From the NCBI GenBank assembly GCA_017442845.1, contig JAFRYW010000102.1:1-50488 (forward strand): a DNA stretch of 50,488 nt. The letters are read 5' to 3'. This document shows, piece after piece, positions 47,323 to 50,488 of this stretch (positions are counted from its first letter, which is position 1; every line of letters starts with the position of its first letter). This DNA comes from Ruminococcus sp. GTDB lineage: Bacteria > Bacillota > Clostridia > Oscillospirales > Ruminococcaceae. The position numbers were made by a program, and so were the translations under genes. The notes beneath the pieces were generated by a model. The model worked only from the letters and a program-made list of their open reading frames with translations. It ran no database searches and was not told the DNA's origin.

Positions 47323-47742
47323 ATGAAGCTGATGGTTATTATCCTTAATAGGCTCGACGCCCTTGAGGCGCTGCTTGAGGGGCTCTCCTCGGTAGGCGTG
47401 GGCGGTGCTACCATAATAGAATCCTCGGGTATGGCTATGACGCTTTCAAGGCTTGACAGCAGCGTGCTTTCGTCATCTATCAGAAGCCTTTTCAGCGGCG
47501 ATGAGGATAACCGAACGATCTTCTCGGTCATCAAGGACGAGCAGCTCGAGGTCGTAAGAAAGGTGGTCTACAAAACGGTGGGCGACCTGTCAAAGCCTAA
47601 TACGGGGATACTCTTTACAGTTCCGCTGGATTTTGTTGAGGGGACTAAAAAGGGCAGGGAAAAGCCTATTATCAAGGCTGCCGAAGGCTCTGATAAGAAA
47701 GAGCCCAAGCAAAAGAATGAAGATGAGAAAAGCAGCGGCTGA
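47323..47742 (+). CDS. P-II-like signal transduction protein
   Basis: GATIIESSGM and GDLSKPNTGILFTVPLDFVEG patterns. Confidence 0.65.
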   Translation: MKLMVIILNRLDALEALLEGLSSVGVGGATIIESSGMAMTLSRLDSSVLSSSIRSLFSGDEDNRTIFSVIKDEQLEVVRKVVYKTVGDLSKPNTGILFTVPLDFVEGTKKGREKPIIKAAEGSDKKEPKQKNEDEKSSG

Positions 47743-47808
47743 TAACTGAATATTTACTATTTGTTAAATAAAAATTCAAAAATCAGCCGATAAAACCCGA
47801 TAATTTGC

Positions 47809-47890
47809 TTGCAAAGCGGCGGCAAATGTGGTATAATATGTTATGATAACTTTAGTAGAAAGGCTGGAACTTGACTTCCGGTCTTTTGAT
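47809..47890 (+). promoter_or_regulatory. rimP operon promoter and leader hairpin (putative attenuator)
   Basis: TTGCAA-N17-TATAAT; aaaggctggaa...ttccggtcttt with T-rich tail. Confidence 0.6.
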
Positions 47891-47923
47891 TTTGTATGGG
47901 GCTTTTAAGAAATGGGGTATTGA

Positions 47924-48415
47924 ATGGAAAAGAAAAATACGGCGGCTGTCGTAAGAGAGCTCGCACAGCCTATATGCGATGAGCTGGGGCTGTTTTTGTG
48001 GGACGTAAGGTATGAGAAGGAGGGCTCGAGCTACTACCTTCGTGTGTTTATCGACAGCGACGAGGGAATAAGTATCGAGGACTGTGAAAATGTTACAAGG
48101 CCGCTCAATAAGGCACTTGATGAGCTTGACCCGATAAAGGAGCAGTATGTGCTTGAGGTAGGCTCACCGGGGCTTGGAAGAGAGCTTAGGCGCCCCGAGC
48201 ATTTTGAGGCGTGCATAGGCGATGCTCTCAAAATAAAGCTCATAAGGCCTCTTGCCGACGGCAGGAAGGAGATCCTGCTGGGGCTCGATTCATACGACAA
48301 GGAAAAGCTTTACGGGCACGAGACCGACGATGACGGGAATGTTTTGGAGCCTGTTGAGATAATTATACGGGATACAGCGTATATCAAGCTTTATGATGAC
48401 AACGACCTGTTCTGA
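47924..48415 (+). CDS. rimP: Ribosome maturation factor RimP
   Basis: LRVFID, ISIEDC, YVLEVGSPGLGREL; upstream of nusA. Confidence 0.93.
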   Translation: MEKKNTAAVVRELAQPICDELGLFLWDVRYEKEGSSYYLRVFIDSDEGISIEDCENVTRPLNKALDELDPIKEQYVLEVGSPGLGRELRRPEHFEACIGDALKIKLIRPLADGRKEILLGLDSYDKEKLYGHETDDDGNVLEPVEIIIRDTAYIKLYDDNDLF

Positions 48416-48452
48416 CTGACGGGTAAATGATATTTAGGAGGAATTTAGAAAA

Positions 48453-49586
48453 ATGAACAGCGACTTTTTTGAGGCACTATCCACTTTGGAGACTGACAAC
48501 CATATCGACGCCGACGTACTTATTGAGAAGATCCGGGCGGGCATAGTTATGGCAATAAAGAAGGATTACCCGGGAAGCGAGAACATAAACGTTACTATCG
48601 ACCCCGAGGCGGGTAAGTTTGAGATGAAGATCATCAAGGACGTTGTTGAGGGCGAGCCTGAGGACCCCGCAAACCAGATAACGCTTGACGAGGCACTGAC
48701 TATCAGCAAGCGTGCAAGGGTCGGCGGAACTGTTGAGATCAAGCTCAACTCTGCAAAATTCGGAAGAGTTGCGGCGCAGGCTGCAAAGCAGTCGATAAGA
48801 AATGATATAAAGAGGATCGAGAAGGAAAGGCTTATCGCCCAGTATTCAGATAAGGCTAAGGAGTGCATCTCGGCAACGGTCGAGAGTGTCGACCCCGAGA
48901 CGCTCAATGCTAAGCTCGTTATAGATAAGAACGATGCTAACAACAGAAACGAGATATTCCTTTCACGCCGTGAGCAGATCCCCGGCGAGGAGCTCAAGCC
49001 CGGCGATATCATAAAGGTATATGTAGTCGGCGTTTCCGAGCCTGAAAAGAGATTTGCCGTAAGGATCTCGAGAACGCATAAGGATCTTGTAAAAAGGCTC
49101 TTTGAGATAGAGGTGCCCGAGATATATGACGGCACGGTCGAGATCAAGGCTATATCGAGAGTTGCGGGCTCACGCTCGAAAATGGCAGTATGGAGCAAGG
49201 ACCCGAACGTAGATGCAGTAGGCGCCTGCATAGGCCCGAGACGCTCGAGGATACAAAACGTAGTAAACGAGCTAAAGGGCGAGAAGATCGACATTATAAA
49301 CTACAGCGAGAATGATGAGGAGTTTATCGCTATGGCGCTAGCCCCCGCTGAGGTCACAAAGGTAGAGCTCATCACAGACGACCCGGAGGTCAAGGCGTGC
49401 AGAGTTACGGTTCCGAACAGGCAGCTCTCGCTTGCTATCGGTAATAAGGGGCAGAACGCAAAGCTTGCGAACCTCCTTACAGGCTACAAGATAGATATAG
49501 TTCCCGAGGAGCCCGACCTTGCGGATATGAAGCCCAAGGCCGAAAAGGCCGAGGCGCCCGAGACCGAAGAGGGCGGGGAGGAATAA
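48453..49586 (+). CDS. nusA: Transcription termination factor NusA
   Basis: FGRVAAQAAKQ, LFEIEVPEIYDG, LSLAIGNKGQNAKLA. Confidence 0.95.
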   Translation: MNSDFFEALSTLETDNHIDADVLIEKIRAGIVMAIKKDYPGSENINVTIDPEAGKFEMKIIKDVVEGEPEDPANQITLDEALTISKRARVGGTVEIKLNSAKFGRVAAQAAKQSIRNDIKRIEKERLIAQYSDKAKECISATVESVDPETLNAKLVIDKNDANNRNEIFLSRREQIPGEELKPGDIIKVYVVGVSEPEKRFAVRISRTHKDLVKRLFEIEVPEIYDGTVEIKAISRVAGSRSKMAVWSKDPNVDAVGACIGPRRSRIQNVVNELKGEKIDIINYSENDEEFIAMALAPAEVTKVELITDDPEVKACRVTVPNRQLSLAIGNKGQNAKLANLLTGYKIDIVPEEPDLADMKPKAEKAEAPETEEGGEE

Positions 49587-49604
49587 TTCCCCCTTAAGGA
49601 GAGA

Positions 49605-49883
49605 ATGACCGCTATGAAAGTAAAGAAGATACCAATGAGAATGTGCCTTGGCTGCAACGAGATGAAGCCGAAAAAGGAGCTTATAAGGGTAGTAAAGAAC
49701 GCAGAGGGCGAGATAAGCCTGGACCTTACAGGCAAGAAAAACGGCAGGGGCGCATATATATGTCAGAGCATAGATTGCTTAAGGGCTGCAAGAAAGGCAA
49801 GGCGGCTCGAAAAAAGCTTTCAGTGCAGGATAGATGACAGCGTTTATGACAGCATGGAGGAGGAGCTTTCGGAAAATGAGTAA
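49605..49883 (+). CDS. ylxR: YlxR (RnpM) family RNA-binding protein
   Basis: PMRMCLGC...KKELIRVV...GRGAYIC. Confidence 0.9.
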   Translation: MTAMKVKKIPMRMCLGCNEMKPKKELIRVVKNAEGEISLDLTGKKNGRGAYICQSIDCLRAARKARRLEKSFQCRIDDSVYDSMEEELSENE

Positions 49884-50229
49884 GAGCATTATGGGGCTCA
49901 TCACCATGTGCAGAAGGGCAGGGAAGCTGAGCCTTGGGCTTGATATGGCAAAGGAGGCGTGCGCAAACGGAAACGCCTTCGGCTGCGCCGCAGCGACAGA
50001 CCTTAGCCCGAAGTCATTAAAGGAGCTTAAATACGTCTGCTATAAAAACGATGTTCCGCTGTATTCACTCGGTATAACTATGGACGAGGTGTGGCAGGAG
50101 CTCGGAAAGAGAGCGGGCATCATGGCGGTGAATGATAAGGGCTTTTGGAAGGCTTTGATAAAGAGCCTTGAGCCTATCAGCATAGATGAGGAACAATTCT
50201 TTAGCATAAATCATTTTGAGGAGGACTAA
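49876..50229 (+). CDS. L7Ae/YlxQ family RNA-binding protein
   Basis: GLITMCRRAGKL, ATDLS; located between ylxR and infB. Confidence 0.8.
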   Translation: MSKSIMGLITMCRRAGKLSLGLDMAKEACANGNAFGCAAATDLSPKSLKELKYVCYKNDVPLYSLGITMDEVWQELGKRAGIMAVNDKGFWKALIKSLEPISIDEEQFFSINHFEED

Positions 50230-50236
50230 TGTGCCT

Positions 50237-50488
50237 ATGAAAAATTCAGCGATAAAACTTAATCAGCTTGCAAAGGACTTAGGTCTTGCAAATAACGATC
50301 TTTTTGAGTGCCTGGCACTTCTGGGCGGCGAGCCCAAGAAGGCTATGAGCGCCCTTACACCCGAGGAGGTAAGCTTTGTATTTGACTACTTTACGCAGAA
50401 GAATGCCGTGAAGGATCTTAATGCGTATTTTGCTAACAACGTAGCACCCGAAAAGCCTAAGAAGGAGACTAAGAAGGCTGCTGCAAAG
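50237..50488 (+). CDS. infB: Translation initiation factor IF-2, N-terminal part (runs off the window)
   Basis: MKNSAIKLNQLAKDLG...SALTPEE; GAGGAGG RBS; conserved operon position. Confidence 0.8.
   Translation, partial: MKNSAIKLNQLAKDLGLANNDLFECLALLGGEPKKAMSALTPEEVSFVFDYFTQKNAVKDLNAYFANNVAPEKPKKETKKAAAK

Noticed and set aside
47735-47790. Long imperfect hairpin cggctgat...atcagccg
   Set aside because: Single copy, overlapping a stop codon; most simply a 3' end structure.

Overview
Chromosomal window from a Ruminococcus-like clostridial firmicute (Oscillospiraceae inferred from gene content, spoVG and sigma-A promoters). It is mostly housekeeping: birA, spoVG, murC, lexA, cls, ftsEX with two M23 peptidases, rimM-trmD, HPr, rmuC, rnfCDGEAB, a comEA-like gene, rsmE, aquaporin, trxAB, alr and rimP-nusA-ylxR-L7Ae-infB. 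The interesting signal is intergenic. (1) Three ~180-200 bp non-coding elements are bounded by inverted copies of an interrupted palindrome (GATAAATT-GG/CC-AATTTATC). They contain mirrored heptamer arrays, whose unit differs between copies, and GNA-triloop hairpins. Degenerate versions of the same ends appear to bracket a compositionally foreign GNAT gene, which suggests a possible short-end cassette system. (2) A type IV major pilin gene sits between two ~420 bp direct repeats, each a type I toxin-antitoxin-like module; one toxin copy is amber-inactivated. (3) A csRNA-like sRNA candidate has an OmpR-type phased repeat in its promoter. (4) The apbE gene at the head of the rnf operon contains an in-frame TAG. 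(5) A recurring 17-bp TTGT-N9-ACAA motif and an unannotated 59-aa ORF. All calls come from reading the sequence; no searches were run.
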